The notes beneath the pieces were generated by a model that was not told the DNA's origin, did no database searches, and was given only the letters and a program-made list of their open reading frames with translations. The position numbers were made by a program, and so were the translations under genes. From positions 1,409,821 to 1,473,820 of the forward strand of contig OY782677.1 in assembly GCA_963677975.1 (NCBI GenBank): DNA of 64,000 bases, written 5' to 3'. Source of the DNA: Bacteroidales bacterium (lineage in GTDB: Bacteria > Bacteroidota > Bacteroidia > Bacteroidales > UBA4417). Position 1 is the first letter of the stretch. Every line of letters begins with the position of its first letter. Shown here piece by piece: positions 8,765-18,013 of this stretch.

Positions 8765-11542
8765 TTATCCTTTTTCTGCGGCTTTCCATTCTTTCGGAGC
8801 ACAAAGCATTTTGCATGTTTTATTCCGGTTTTCGCAGGTACAATCGCCGAAAGCCTTGTCGATAATCTTAGCCTGGCGCTGTATATGCAGCTTGGGCGAT
8901 CCGGTTGCCGGGCTTCCGCTTTCGGGTCGGGCAACCAGCAGGAGTTTTACTCCCCTGAAATGGCGCAGTACAAATGACCATGCTCCCATATTTGCAGGTT
9001 CTTCCTGAACCCAGGAAAAGGTCGTGGCGTTAGGATAACGTTTTATGGTATCCTGGAGTTTCTGCAATGGGAACGGGTAAAGTTGTTCAACACGCACAAA
9101 AGCAATATTGTTATGCCCGCGTTTACGGCGTTCGGCAATCAGGTCGTAATATACTTTGCCATTGCAGAAGTTCACCCGTGTTATTTCCGAAGGATTTGCC
9201 GAATCGTCGTCAATTACTTCCTCGAACGATCCTTTACTCAGTGCTGCAACCGGCGAAATGCATTCGGGATGCCTCAGAAGGCTCTTTGGAGTGAATACAA
9301 TGAGAGGTTTCCGGAAATCGCGGTGAACCTGGCGACGCAGCAGATGAAAGAAGTTGGCAGGAGTTGTACAGTTGGCAACCTGTATGTTATTATCAGCACA
9401 TTGCTGCAGGAATCGTTCCATGCGTGCGCTCGAATGTTCAGGACCCTGGCCTTCGTAGCCATGCGGCAGGAGCATTACAAGCGAATTCATAACACGCCAT
9501 TTCTCTTCGGCGCTCACGATATACTGGTCGATTACGATCTGTGCGCCATTCATAAAATCGCCGAACTGAGCTTCCCATATGGTCAGGGAAAATGGTGAAG
9601 CAAGCGAGTAGCCGTATTCAAACCCAAGTACTCCATATTCCGAAAGCGGTGAATTATAAACCTGGAAAGGAGCCTGTGTTTCGCTGATATTCTGCAAGGG
9701 GGTATATTTTTCTTCCGAATCCTCCATGGTAAGTACTGAGTGCCGATGCGAAAAAGTACCCCGCTCCGAATCCTGCCCGCTCAACCGAACCGGGATGCCT
9801 TCGTCGAGCAGTGAGGCGTATGCGAGCAATTCGCCCATTGCCCAATCCACGGTTCCGTTTTCGGTAAACATGGTGCGGCGTTCATCCATCAGACGGACAA
9901 GCTTCTTAAAGAAAGGTTTGCCGTGAGGAACTGCTGTAATTTTCTGTGTAAGGCTTAGTAATTTTACAAAGGGAACTGCTGTTTCGACCGGTTTGAGGAA
10001 ATCCTCTTCGGTAGCAGGATGCAGGTCGTGCCAGGCATCTTCGAGGAATGTAATAACCCTTGCCTTTTCATCCTCCTTCGAATCGAGCAATTCCTGCTCC
10101 AGGCAAGCAATGAATGCTTTTTCGATATCAGCAGCCTCTTCGGCAGTTATTGAGCCGTGTTCGACTAATTTGTTGATATAAATGGTACGCGGATCATCAT
10201 GCTTTTCGATGATTTTGTACAAAATAGGCTGTGTGAAACGGGGTTCGTCGCCTTCGTTATGGCCGTATTTCCGGTAACCGAGCAGGTCGATGAAAACATC
10301 CCGGTGAAAACGTTGCCGGTATTCAACGGCAAGTTCAACAGTATAAACCACAGCCTCCACATCGTCGGCATTTACATGGAAAATTGGGCATTGTGTGGTT
10401 TTGGCAACATCAGTGCAATACACAGAGCTTCGTGCATCGAGGTAATTAGTGGTGAAACCGATCTGGTTGTTCACTACCAGGTGAATGGTCCCACCAGTTG
10501 TATATCCTTTGAGTTCCGACATCTGGAGCGTTTCGTAAACCACTCCCTGCCCGGCAATGGATGCATCGCCATGAATAACTATAGGTACAATATGCTTCGA
10601 ATCGCCGAGGTAATCGGAATCGATTTTGCTTCGTGTAATGCCTTCTACTATGGGGCCGACCGTTTCGAGATGCGATGGGTTGGGCGCCAGTGAAAGTTGG
10701 AGTTTCCTGCCATCGGCAGTGGTTCTCTCCGACGAAAATCCCAGGTGGTATTTTACATCGCCAAGCAGGTATTCGTCTTCGAGGAGTTTGCCTTCGAATT
10801 CATTAAAAATATCCTGGTACGACTTACCAAGGGTATTGGCAAGTACGTTAAGTCTTCCGCGGTGAGGCATCCCGATAATGAATTCAGTAATGCCTGTTTC
10901 GGCACCTTTATTTATGATAGCATCGATGGCTGGAATCAGCGATTCACATCCTTCGAGCGAGAATCGTTTCTGACCGATGTATTTTTTATGAAGGAATTTT
11001 TCGAAAAGTACGGCTCGGCTTAGTTCCTTAAGGATATGTAGTTTCTTTTCACGGCTGAAGGAAGGAGCGTTTTGTGTATGTTCCATACGGGCCATAAGCC
11101 ATTCGTGGATTTCGGGGCGGCGTATATAAGCATATTCAACACCTACGCTTTGGCAGTAAGTTTTTTCGAGATGCGCAATAATGGTATCGAGGGTGGCATC
11201 ACCAATCCCTATTTCGCCCCCGGCTTTAAAAATCTGACCACGATCTTCTTCGGTCAGGCCAAAATTGTCTATATGCAGATCAGGTGTATAGGTGCGTCGG
11301 GTCCGTACAGGATTGGTTTTTGTAAATAAATGGCCGCGTTTGCGGTACTCGTTAATCAGGTCGATTACATTAAATTCACCGGGTTTCACGTCAGCCTGTG
11401 GCATCAGTTTGCCGCTGAATTCGAAACCCTGGAAAAATCTGCGCCAGCCTGTTTCAATACTTTCAGGATCCTGTTTGTATTGCCGGTAAAGTTCTTCAAT
11501 AGCTTCGTGGCCGGCATTACTCAGAAAGGACAATTCATCCAT
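8765..11542 (-). CDS. sucA: 2-oxoglutarate dehydrogenase E1 component
   Basis: 925 aa. Similarity to SucA runs along the whole length, covering the TPP-binding and transketolase-like domains. It lies upstream of sucB. It ends in an unusual 4-Cys tail. Confidence 0.9.
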   Translation of the reverse strand: MDELSFLSNAGHEAIEELYRQYKQDPESIETGWRRFFQGFEFSGKLMPQADVKPGEFNVIDLINEYRKRGHLFTKTNPVRTRRTYTPDLHIDNFGLTEEDRGQIFKAGGEIGIGDATLDTIIAHLEKTYCQSVGVEYAYIRRPEIHEWLMARMEHTQNAPSFSREKKLHILKELSRAVLFEKFLHKKYIGQKRFSLEGCESLIPAIDAIINKGAETGITEFIIGMPHRGRLNVLANTLGKSYQDIFNEFEGKLLEDEYLLGDVKYHLGFSSERTTADGRKLQLSLAPNPSHLETVGPIVEGITRSKIDSDYLGDSKHIVPIVIHGDASIAGQGVVYETLQMSELKGYTTGGTIHLVVNNQIGFTTNYLDARSSVYCTDVAKTTQCPIFHVNADDVEAVVYTVELAVEYRQRFHRDVFIDLLGYRKYGHNEGDEPRFTQPILYKIIEKHDDPRTIYINKLVEHGSITAEEAADIEKAFIACLEQELLDSKEDEKARVITFLEDAWHDLHPATEEDFLKPVETAVPFVKLLSLTQKITAVPHGKPFFKKLVRLMDERRTMFTENGTVDWAMGELLAYASLLDEGIPVRLSGQDSERGTFSHRHSVLTMEDSEEKYTPLQNISETQAPFQVYNSPLSEYGVLGFEYGYSLASPFSLTIWEAQFGDFMNGAQIVIDQYIVSAEEKWRVMNSLVMLLPHGYEGQGPEHSSARMERFLQQCADNNIQVANCTTPANFFHLLRRQVHRDFRKPLIVFTPKSLLRHPECISPVAALSKGSFEEVIDDDSANPSEITRVNFCNGKVYYDLIAERRKRGHNNIAFVRVEQLYPFPLQKLQDTIKRYPNATTFSWVQEEPANMGAWSFVLRHFRGVKLLLVARPESGSPATGSPKLHIQRQAKIIDKAFGDCTCENRNKTCKMLCAPKEWKAAEKG

Positions 11543-11586
11543 ATATGTTTTTTATCAGAAACGTTTACAAACTCGATATGTTCAGT

Positions 11587-11594
11587 CAAAATTA
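11587..11594 (-). promoter_or_regulatory. Candidate -7 promoter box (TAATTTTG on the minus strand) for sucA
   Basis: Matches TAnnTTTG, about 45 nt upstream of the sucA ATG. Confidence 0.35.
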
Positions 11595-11875
11595 GCAAAT
11601 TATCGGCTTCTGTGCTCAACAGGCTTCTAAGATGTACCGAAAAATACAAGCTTTTTGCAAAAAATGGATAGCCAGGGACATTTTATAATGCATTTATGTA
11701 AATATTTTAGGAATATTAATCTTTCATGGGTTCCAAACCGCTGGAGGGCTCAGCTGGATATTTGTTTTTTACCATTTATACCATCTTACTTTAACCTCCA
11801 AGCTATTTCAGGTATTTGATATATGTTTTTTGTAGCTTTATCTCCGATTTCCGAAGATTTTGATTGATGACAGGT

Positions 11876-12568
11876 ATGAAAAAATATGTTATTGCAGCCA
11901 CATTATTCCTGGTTTTATCAGGATTCCTTTTAGCCCAGAAAGGAGAACCATACAGGGTTTTGTCCGGGAAAAAGCCTGAAGAATGCATCCCCTTCGCCGA
12001 AAGGTACCGTTACCCAAACTTCAATACCGGAACTGTGTTTTTTACCTTGGGTGGTAAGACTGATGCAAAACTGAATTACAATATTTTGACGGGGCAGATG
12101 GATTATCTGCAGGGAAAGGATACGATGGAAATATCAAATGCACCTGATATTAAGCAAATTATCATAGGTACTGATGTTTTTGTCCTGGATAAGGGCTATC
12201 TGGAAGTGTTTTATAACGGCAAGGTAGCAGTAGGGATTAAGCAGTATTTCAACCTGATGGATGTACGAAAAAAAGATTTCTATGGCGACATGGGTGCAGG
12301 CGCTGCTTCACAGTCAGCCGGATCGCTTCATTCGGATGGTAAGTATTATAAACTTGTGGTTAACCAGGACAGGTTATTTCAGAAAATAACTGAATATTTC
12401 CTGTCTACTGCCACAAGCGGTTTTGTTCCATTTACCAGGAAAAAAGTAATGAAGGCTTTTCCAAATAACAAACAAGCTATAGAGGTTTATTTAGGCTCAA
12501 ACCAGGTCAACTTTAATTCGAAGGATGATCTGCTGAGGTTTGCAGCGTTTCTGGAGTCTATTGAATGA
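11876..12568 (+). CDS. Hypothetical secreted protein
   Basis: The ORF track gives 11864-12568. An ATG at 11876 yields a clean signal peptide (MKKYVIAATLFLVLSGFLLAQ). No family was recognised. Confidence 0.5.
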   Translation: MKKYVIAATLFLVLSGFLLAQKGEPYRVLSGKKPEECIPFAERYRYPNFNTGTVFFTLGGKTDAKLNYNILTGQMDYLQGKDTMEISNAPDIKQIIIGTDVFVLDKGYLEVFYNGKVAVGIKQYFNLMDVRKKDFYGDMGAGAASQSAGSLHSDGKYYKLVVNQDRLFQKITEYFLSTATSGFVPFTRKKVMKAFPNNKQAIEVYLGSNQVNFNSKDDLLRFAAFLESIE

Positions 12569-12651
12569 TGTTTAACGTGTATATAGCAATTACCGGGTGA
12601 ATCGGAAAACCCTTCCTGGTTTTAAAACCCCTGAAGTGTTTTTGCCATTGC

Positions 12652-12687
12652 AAGAAAAACAAAAAGCCCATCCAAAATGGACAGGCT
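12652..12687 (-). terminator. Rho-independent terminator of the ferredoxin gene
   Basis: On the minus strand the stem is AGCCTGTCCA / TGGATGGGCT (two G-U pairs) followed by TTTTTGTTTTT. The two wobble pairs become mismatches on the plus strand, which argues for minus-strand use. Confidence 0.6.
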
Positions 12688-12715
12688 TCTTTAATTCTGC
12701 TTGTATCTTGTGAGA

Positions 12716-12883
12716 TTAAGCCGGTGAAATAGCTTCAACCGGGCAAACATCAGCGCAGGAACCGCAATCGGTGCAGATATCAGCGTCGATCTTGTAGATA
12801 TCACCTTCGGAGATAGCTTCAACCGGACACTCGTCAATGCAAGTTCCGCAAGCGGTGCAGTCGTCAGAAATAACGTAAGCCAT
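12716..12883 (-). CDS. 2x[4Fe-4S] ferredoxin, clostridial type, 55 aa (absent from the ORF track, where the shortest listed ORF is 60 aa)
   Basis: My manual translation is MAYVISDDCTACGTCIDECPVEAISEGDIYKIDADICTDCGSCADVCPVEAISPA. It contains two CxxCxxCxxxCP motifs and has its own -7 box and terminator. It is divergent from korAB. Confidence 0.85.
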   Translation of the reverse strand: MAYVISDDCTACGTCIDECPVEAISEGDIYKIDADICTDCGSCADVCPVEAISPA

Positions 12884-12911
12884 TTGTTTTGGGAGTTTAG
12901 AATTAAGGATG

Positions 12912-12919
12912 CAAATATA
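12912..12919 (-). promoter_or_regulatory. Candidate -7 promoter box (TATATTTG on the minus strand) for the ferredoxin gene
   Basis: Matches TAnnTTTG, about 29 nt upstream of the ATG at 12883. Confidence 0.4.
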
Positions 12920-13125
12920 AGCAGTATTCTTGGTATGGGAAATGAAAAAAAAATATTAACCGACTTTTGACCAGCATTTTTAAGCATTAATCCATACTGC
13001 TCAAACCCCAGAGTGCTTCATAGGAGTGTTAATGTGCTGTAAAACAGAAATATGCAATTTGATCGATATTGCTTTTTAGAATTCATATAAATAAGATTTT
13101 CAATTTCTGATCTGTTAAAAACTTA

Positions 13126-13133
13126 TACCTTTG
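13126..13133 (+). promoter_or_regulatory. Candidate -7 promoter box (TACCTTTG) for korAB
   Basis: Matches TAnnTTTG, 30 nt upstream of the korA ATG. The extended 13-mer TACCTTTGCAGCC is identical to the one upstream of metK. Confidence 0.45.
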
Positions 13134-13162
13134 CAGCCTAAATTCATTCAAAAAATAAATTC

Positions 13163-15001
13163 ATGAGCGACCAGACGAACTTCATCGAGAAAGAAGATGT
13201 TGTTGTAAAATTTTGTGGCGATTCGGGCGACGGCATGCAACTTGCAGGTACACTGTTCAGTGATGCTGCAGCACTTCAGGGCCTCGACCTTGCTACTTTT
13301 CCCGACTATCCTGCCGAAATCCGTGCTCCGCAAAACACCATTGCAGGCGTTTCAGGTTTCCAGGTACATGTTGGCCGGAAGAAAATTGAGACCACAGGCG
13401 ATTTCGTTGACATTCTTGTGGCAATGAACCCGGCTTCACTTAAGTCAAATTTAAAGTGGACACGCCCGGGAGCAACTATTATCGTGGATGCCGACATGTT
13501 CGATGAAGCAACCTGCAAAAAAGCCGGTTACCTCACCAATCCGCTCGAAGATGATAGCCTGAATGGTTACAATCTTGTTAAAGCACCGGTCACCATGCTA
13601 ACAAGAAATATATTGCAGCCGCTGGGTATCGACAACAAAACAGCAGATCGTACCCGTAACGTCTTTACATTAGGTATTATCTACCATATCTTTAGCTGGA
13701 GCCTCGATTCGACAGTCCATTATTTTAAAGATAAATTTAAGAAAAAACCGCAGATGATCGAGGCCAACAAACTGGTACTCGAAACCGGTTACAGTTATGC
13801 CGATACGGTTGAAACCCTCGGTTCTTCGTATCATATTGCTAAAGCAAAAATGGCCCCCGGCCGCTATCGCAATATTACCGGTAACGTTGCAACTGCATGG
13901 GGTTTCCTTGCAGCCTCGGAACGTTCGGGCAGGCCGTTGTTCCTGGGATCGTATCCTATAACTCCTGCAACCGAAATCCTGATTGAACTTGCAAAATACA
14001 AGTCGCTTGGCGCAAAAGTGTTCCAGGCTGAAGACGAAATCGCCGGTATTTGTTCGGCAATTGGCGCCAGCTACTCGGGATCACTTGCTTTAACAACTAC
14101 TTCAGGACCAGGACTTTCGCTGAAAAGCGAAGCAATCGGACTTGCCGTTATGACTGAACTGCCATTGGTAATTGTAGATGTTCAACGTGGCGGACCATCA
14201 ACAGGTCTGCCAACCAAGAGTGAACAAAGCGACCTGATGCAAGCCTTGTTCGGTCGCAACGGCGAAGCGCCGGTTGTAATTATTGCTGCTTCAACTCCGG
14301 CTGATTGTTTCGATTATGCATATGAGTCGGCGAAAATCGCCATGGAACATATGACCCCGGTTATGTTGTTGACTGACGGTTCGCTGGGTAACGGATCTCA
14401 ATTGTTCCGTATTCCAAAAGTTGCTGATTTGCCTTCAATCACTCCACCAATGGCTGAGCCTAACGATAAGGAATATAAACCATATAAACGTGACCCGGAA
14501 ACCCTGGTCCGCAAATGGGCAATTCCCGGAACCGAAGGTCTTCGTCACCGCATCGGTGGTTTGGAGAAAGAAAACATTACAGGTAATGTGAGTACCGACC
14601 CTATGAATCACCAGATCATGACCGATTTGCGTGAAGCAAAAATACAGAAAATAGCCGATTTCATTCCTGATCAAGGAATTGAAGGTTCCAAAAAAGGTGA
14701 CTTACTCGTCGTTAGCTGGGGAGGTACACGTGGAACCACACAGGCTGCAGTGGAAGAATTGCAGAAACTAGGCAAAAAGATCAGCCTTGCCCATTTCCAC
14801 CACATTATGCCATTACCGAAAAATACACATGAAGTGTTGGCTGGTTTCAAGAAAATTATTGTTTGTGAACTTAACAGCGGCCAATTTGTTAACTACCTGA
14901 GGATGAAGGAACCCGATTTTAAATATATGCAGTATAATAAAGTCATGGGGCTTCCGTTTACAGTCACCGAGTTAGTAAGTAAGTTTAACGAATTACTTTA
15001 G
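13163..15001 (+). CDS. korA: 2-oxoglutarate:ferredoxin oxidoreductase, alpha subunit (fused gamma-alpha type)
   Basis: 612 aa. The N-terminal domain looks like the pyruvate/ketoisovalerate oxidoreductase gamma subunit and is followed by an alpha-type pyrimidine-binding domain. The beta subunit follows 12 nt later. Confidence 0.88.
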   Translation: MSDQTNFIEKEDVVVKFCGDSGDGMQLAGTLFSDAAALQGLDLATFPDYPAEIRAPQNTIAGVSGFQVHVGRKKIETTGDFVDILVAMNPASLKSNLKWTRPGATIIVDADMFDEATCKKAGYLTNPLEDDSLNGYNLVKAPVTMLTRNILQPLGIDNKTADRTRNVFTLGIIYHIFSWSLDSTVHYFKDKFKKKPQMIEANKLVLETGYSYADTVETLGSSYHIAKAKMAPGRYRNITGNVATAWGFLAASERSGRPLFLGSYPITPATEILIELAKYKSLGAKVFQAEDEIAGICSAIGASYSGSLALTTTSGPGLSLKSEAIGLAVMTELPLVIVDVQRGGPSTGLPTKSEQSDLMQALFGRNGEAPVVIIAASTPADCFDYAYESAKIAMEHMTPVMLLTDGSLGNGSQLFRIPKVADLPSITPPMAEPNDKEYKPYKRDPETLVRKWAIPGTEGLRHRIGGLEKENITGNVSTDPMNHQIMTDLREAKIQKIADFIPDQGIEGSKKGDLLVVSWGGTRGTTQAAVEELQKLGKKISLAHFHHIMPLPKNTHEVLAGFKKIIVCELNSGQFVNYLRMKEPDFKYMQYNKVMGLPFTVTELVSKFNELL

Positions 15002-15013
15002 GAGGTAAAAAAT

Positions 15014-16057
15014 ATGTTCGAATTTCCAAATAAAACCATAGAAAGATCGGTAGTTGAACTCAACAAAGCCGATTTCGTAAGCGACCAGATGGTAAAATGG
15101 TGCCCCGGATGCGGAGCACATGCTATTTTGGCTTCCATTGCAAATGTGTTCCCGAAAATAGGTTACCGTAAGGAAAATTTTATGATGGTTTCCGGTATCG
15201 GCTGTTCATCGCGATTCCCATATTATGTGAACACTTACGGATTTCACGGTATTCACGGACGGGCCAATCCAATCGCTTCGGGTATAAAAATAGCAAATCC
15301 ACGCCTCAGTGTGTGGATTGCAACCGGTGACGGCGATTCAATGGCAATTGGTGGAAACCATTTTATCCACATAATACGCCGTAATATCGACGTAAATATT
15401 GTGATGTTCAATAACCAGATTTATGGCCTAACAAAAGGGCAATATTCACCCACTACCCCGATGGGTAGCGTTACAAAAACGTCACCACAGGGAACAATTG
15501 AACACCCTTTCAACCCTGGCGAGCTGGTTTTGGGAGCACAGGGTACATTCTTTGCCCGCGCTGTCGATACCAATGTAAAACTGATGACAGAAGTAATGTT
15601 CGAGGCTGCACGACACGATGGTACTTCCGTGATCGAGATACTTCAAAACTGTATCATTTTTGCTGATAAAACGCATCATGCAGTTACTGATAAAGAGGTA
15701 CGCGACGATGCACAGATTCACATCAAAAATGGCGAACCTCTCATTTTTGGTAAAGAACATGATAAAGGAATACGCCTCAACGGCACACAGCTTGAAGTAG
15801 TTACTATTGGCGAAAACGGGATTACTGAAGACGACCTTCTGGTTCATGATCAGTACCAGCAGGATCCGGGCATTCACCTTATGCTTGCCAAGATGTATCC
15901 TCCTCACTTCCCTGTTGCTCTTGGAGTTATCCGTTCGGCAATGTACCCTACCTATGATGATATGGTTGAGGATCAAATTACAGAGGCTAAAGCAACAAGT
16001 AAAATCCTTTGTGTCGATGATCTGCTTAACAGCGGCGATACATGGGAAATCAAATAG
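15014..16057 (+). CDS. korB: 2-oxoglutarate:ferredoxin oxidoreductase, beta subunit (TPP-binding)
   Basis: 347 aa with a Cys cluster near the N-terminus (WCPGCG) and a TPP-binding GDGD...N motif. It appears translationally coupled to korA. Confidence 0.88.
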   Translation: MFEFPNKTIERSVVELNKADFVSDQMVKWCPGCGAHAILASIANVFPKIGYRKENFMMVSGIGCSSRFPYYVNTYGFHGIHGRANPIASGIKIANPRLSVWIATGDGDSMAIGGNHFIHIIRRNIDVNIVMFNNQIYGLTKGQYSPTTPMGSVTKTSPQGTIEHPFNPGELVLGAQGTFFARAVDTNVKLMTEVMFEAARHDGTSVIEILQNCIIFADKTHHAVTDKEVRDDAQIHIKNGEPLIFGKEHDKGIRLNGTQLEVVTIGENGITEDDLLVHDQYQQDPGIHLMLAKMYPPHFPVALGVIRSAMYPTYDDMVEDQITEAKATSKILCVDDLLNSGDTWEIK

Positions 16058-16080
16058 CAATACCCTTTCAGTTCCATAAA

Positions 16081-16114
16081 AAAAAGTCCCTGGTTGGTAC
16101 CGGGGACTTTTTTT
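16081..16114. terminator. Bidirectional rho-independent terminator (korB / T9SS gene convergent)
   Basis: Stem AGTCCCTGG / CCGGGGACT with a 6-nt loop, an A-run upstream and T7 downstream. Confidence 0.8.
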
Positions 16115-16137
16115 ATACCTGTAATTTCCAGTGTGAT

Positions 16138-17820
16138 TTATTTATTGACTGTAATTTTCTTAGTGTAAACCTGGCTGCCTTCTAAAACCCTAAATGTGTA
16201 GAAACCCGGGGCAAGATTGCTGCAATCCACATCAATATTTTGTTTGCCTGATGAATACGCCTGTGCAGGAAAATTTATTACCTGCTTGCCCTGTATATTA
16301 TATACCTGTATAGCGATCGGGTCATTGGTTGAATGCATTAACGATACAGTCGCTTTCCCAGAAACAGGGTTAGGGAATACTGTGAATGCTTCAGCAGCGG
16401 ATGATGGTTCAACACCTACCCCTGAAAATGTTGTGAACTGGCTGGCGGCCGCAGATCCAAAATTAGTACCGGTTAAGATAATTACATTTGAACCAGCTGT
16501 GTAATAGAACGAGAAAAAGGCTCCGGAGCCGTTGGTCAACCCGTTGCCTCCCGCATCGTGCATTGTAAATTCGTAGCAGTTGAAAGCCGGCAGGTTGAGT
16601 GTTACCGAGTATCCAAAGTTGGCTTTTGCATAAGGTCCGCCCGATTCGATTGTATTGCCTTGCATATTCTTAATGTCCCATGTGGTTTCTTCAGGATTAT
16701 TATCCGTTTTTATATACAGTTTCAATTGGGTTGGTGTTACCATAGCTGCAGGGAAAGAATACGTGATAGTATCATTTTTCTGGTATCCGTCGCTGCCACC
16801 GTTGGTTTGTACACCATAAATCTTTAGTGCATTGGCTGATTGAACAGTGAAAGCAGTTGCAGGAAGCGTAACAGTTGCTTTCTGGAGGAATCCAAGGCTA
16901 CCGCTCCAATTAAAGGTTTTTTCAGGTTCGTTATTCACCCGGTATTTGATTTCGGCCGAAATCAACTGGTTGGAACCGTTATTCTGTATTTCAAAAGTTG
17001 GCTCCAGCGAAGGTTCGCAATAACTTGCCAGAAGATTTCCCGGATTCTGAAGGGTAAGATCATTAGCGTAGACTCCTGTTATAGGAGTGCTTGTTGTATT
17101 TGCTGCCTGAAGTAGCGCTTTTGTTTGCGTGTTCTGAATAAAACCAACCACGCTCAGTTCAGCATTATCATAAACATTCTCGAGTTTCCACGAATAACGT
17201 AACAAGAAATAATCTCCGGGTTGAAAAGAAGTTGGCAGAGCGGTTCCGTTTGCTGATGGAAGCATCTTTTTCATCACGTTGTAAAAATCCTTTTCGCCAT
17301 TTGTACCCGGAGCAGTAGCAAAATGGATGTGTTTCTCAATAACAACACAGTGTGCAAAGAGCGACCCGGAAACTGCAGCAGTGGCTTTTCCAAGCATGGT
17401 GACATAAATGGAATCTTCACCAGGACTAAGTTGCTGGTTTATTGTTAATTCAAATGGTGAAGTAACAGCGCTTTCAGTGGTTATCATAGCTTGCGTTATA
17501 CTTCCAGGAGACCCGTGGAATACGTTGCCATCCATTACAGCATCAGGATAACCCGGAACGGCATAGTACGAAACCCGGTTATTTACATCCACCTTATTGT
17601 GGTTGTACATAGGATCGTACCCGAAATTGCTCTGGTATTTGATTGAAGTGCACAGGGCGGAATTTGCATTCAGCAAAGTATTAAATCCGGGATTGAAATA
17701 AGCGCACCACGAGCAGGATGCACTCGTAAATTCTTCGAATAATACAAGGCGCGGAGTCTGGCTGTATAAAGCAGTTACAACAAGTAACATCATGCTTAAA
17801 GTAGTAAAGAATCTTTTCAT
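16138..17820 (-). CDS. T9SS C-terminal sorting domain protein with an N-terminal CxxC (thioredoxin-like / possibly Omp28-related) domain
   Basis: The ORF track gives 16138-17871. The ATG at 17820 gives the signal peptide MKRFFTTLSMMLLVVTALYSQ. An EEFTSASCSWCAY motif lies near the N-terminus. The C-terminal Por_Secre_tail-like segment is FPNPVSGKATVSL...GFYTFRVLEGSQVYTKKITVNK. Confidence 0.7.
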   Translation of the reverse strand: MKRFFTTLSMMLLVVTALYSQTPRLVLFEEFTSASCSWCAYFNPGFNTLLNANSALCTSIKYQSNFGYDPMYNHNKVDVNNRVSYYAVPGYPDAVMDGNVFHGSPGSITQAMITTESAVTSPFELTINQQLSPGEDSIYVTMLGKATAAVSGSLFAHCVVIEKHIHFATAPGTNGEKDFYNVMKKMLPSANGTALPTSFQPGDYFLLRYSWKLENVYDNAELSVVGFIQNTQTKALLQAANTTSTPITGVYANDLTLQNPGNLLASYCEPSLEPTFEIQNNGSNQLISAEIKYRVNNEPEKTFNWSGSLGFLQKATVTLPATAFTVQSANALKIYGVQTNGGSDGYQKNDTITYSFPAAMVTPTQLKLYIKTDNNPEETTWDIKNMQGNTIESGGPYAKANFGYSVTLNLPAFNCYEFTMHDAGGNGLTNGSGAFFSFYYTAGSNVIILTGTNFGSAAASQFTTFSGVGVEPSSAAEAFTVFPNPVSGKATVSLMHSTNDPIAIQVYNIQGKQVINFPAQAYSSGKQNIDVDCSNLAPGFYTFRVLEGSQVYTKKITVNK

Positions 17821-18013
17821 AGTATAATTAATTGATTTGACTTTACAAATATCTGAATTAATAATAAGCAAATGTGTTTTTTAATATGCTAAACTTCAAA
17901 TAGCCTGATTCTTTTTAAAAATTTTGCTAAAGATACATTTTGAATTCATTTTCAGTATATCTTTGTTGTGTTGAAAACCAATGCATTCCATCAGTACTAA
18001 TCAATTGCGAAAA

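Noticed and set aside
12691-12987. A 98-aa minus-strand ORF from the track, overlapping the ferredoxin locus.
   Set aside because: The sequence is low-complexity and Leu/Ser-rich with no motifs. A different frame on the same strand encodes a perfect 55-aa 2x[4Fe-4S] ferredoxin with its own promoter box and terminator, so the 98-aa ORF is a frame artefact.
15482-16060. A 192-aa minus-strand ORF antisense to korB.
   Set aside because: It is fully nested antisense to a well-supported TPP-binding subunit gene and has no recognisable domain. It is most likely a shadow ORF.
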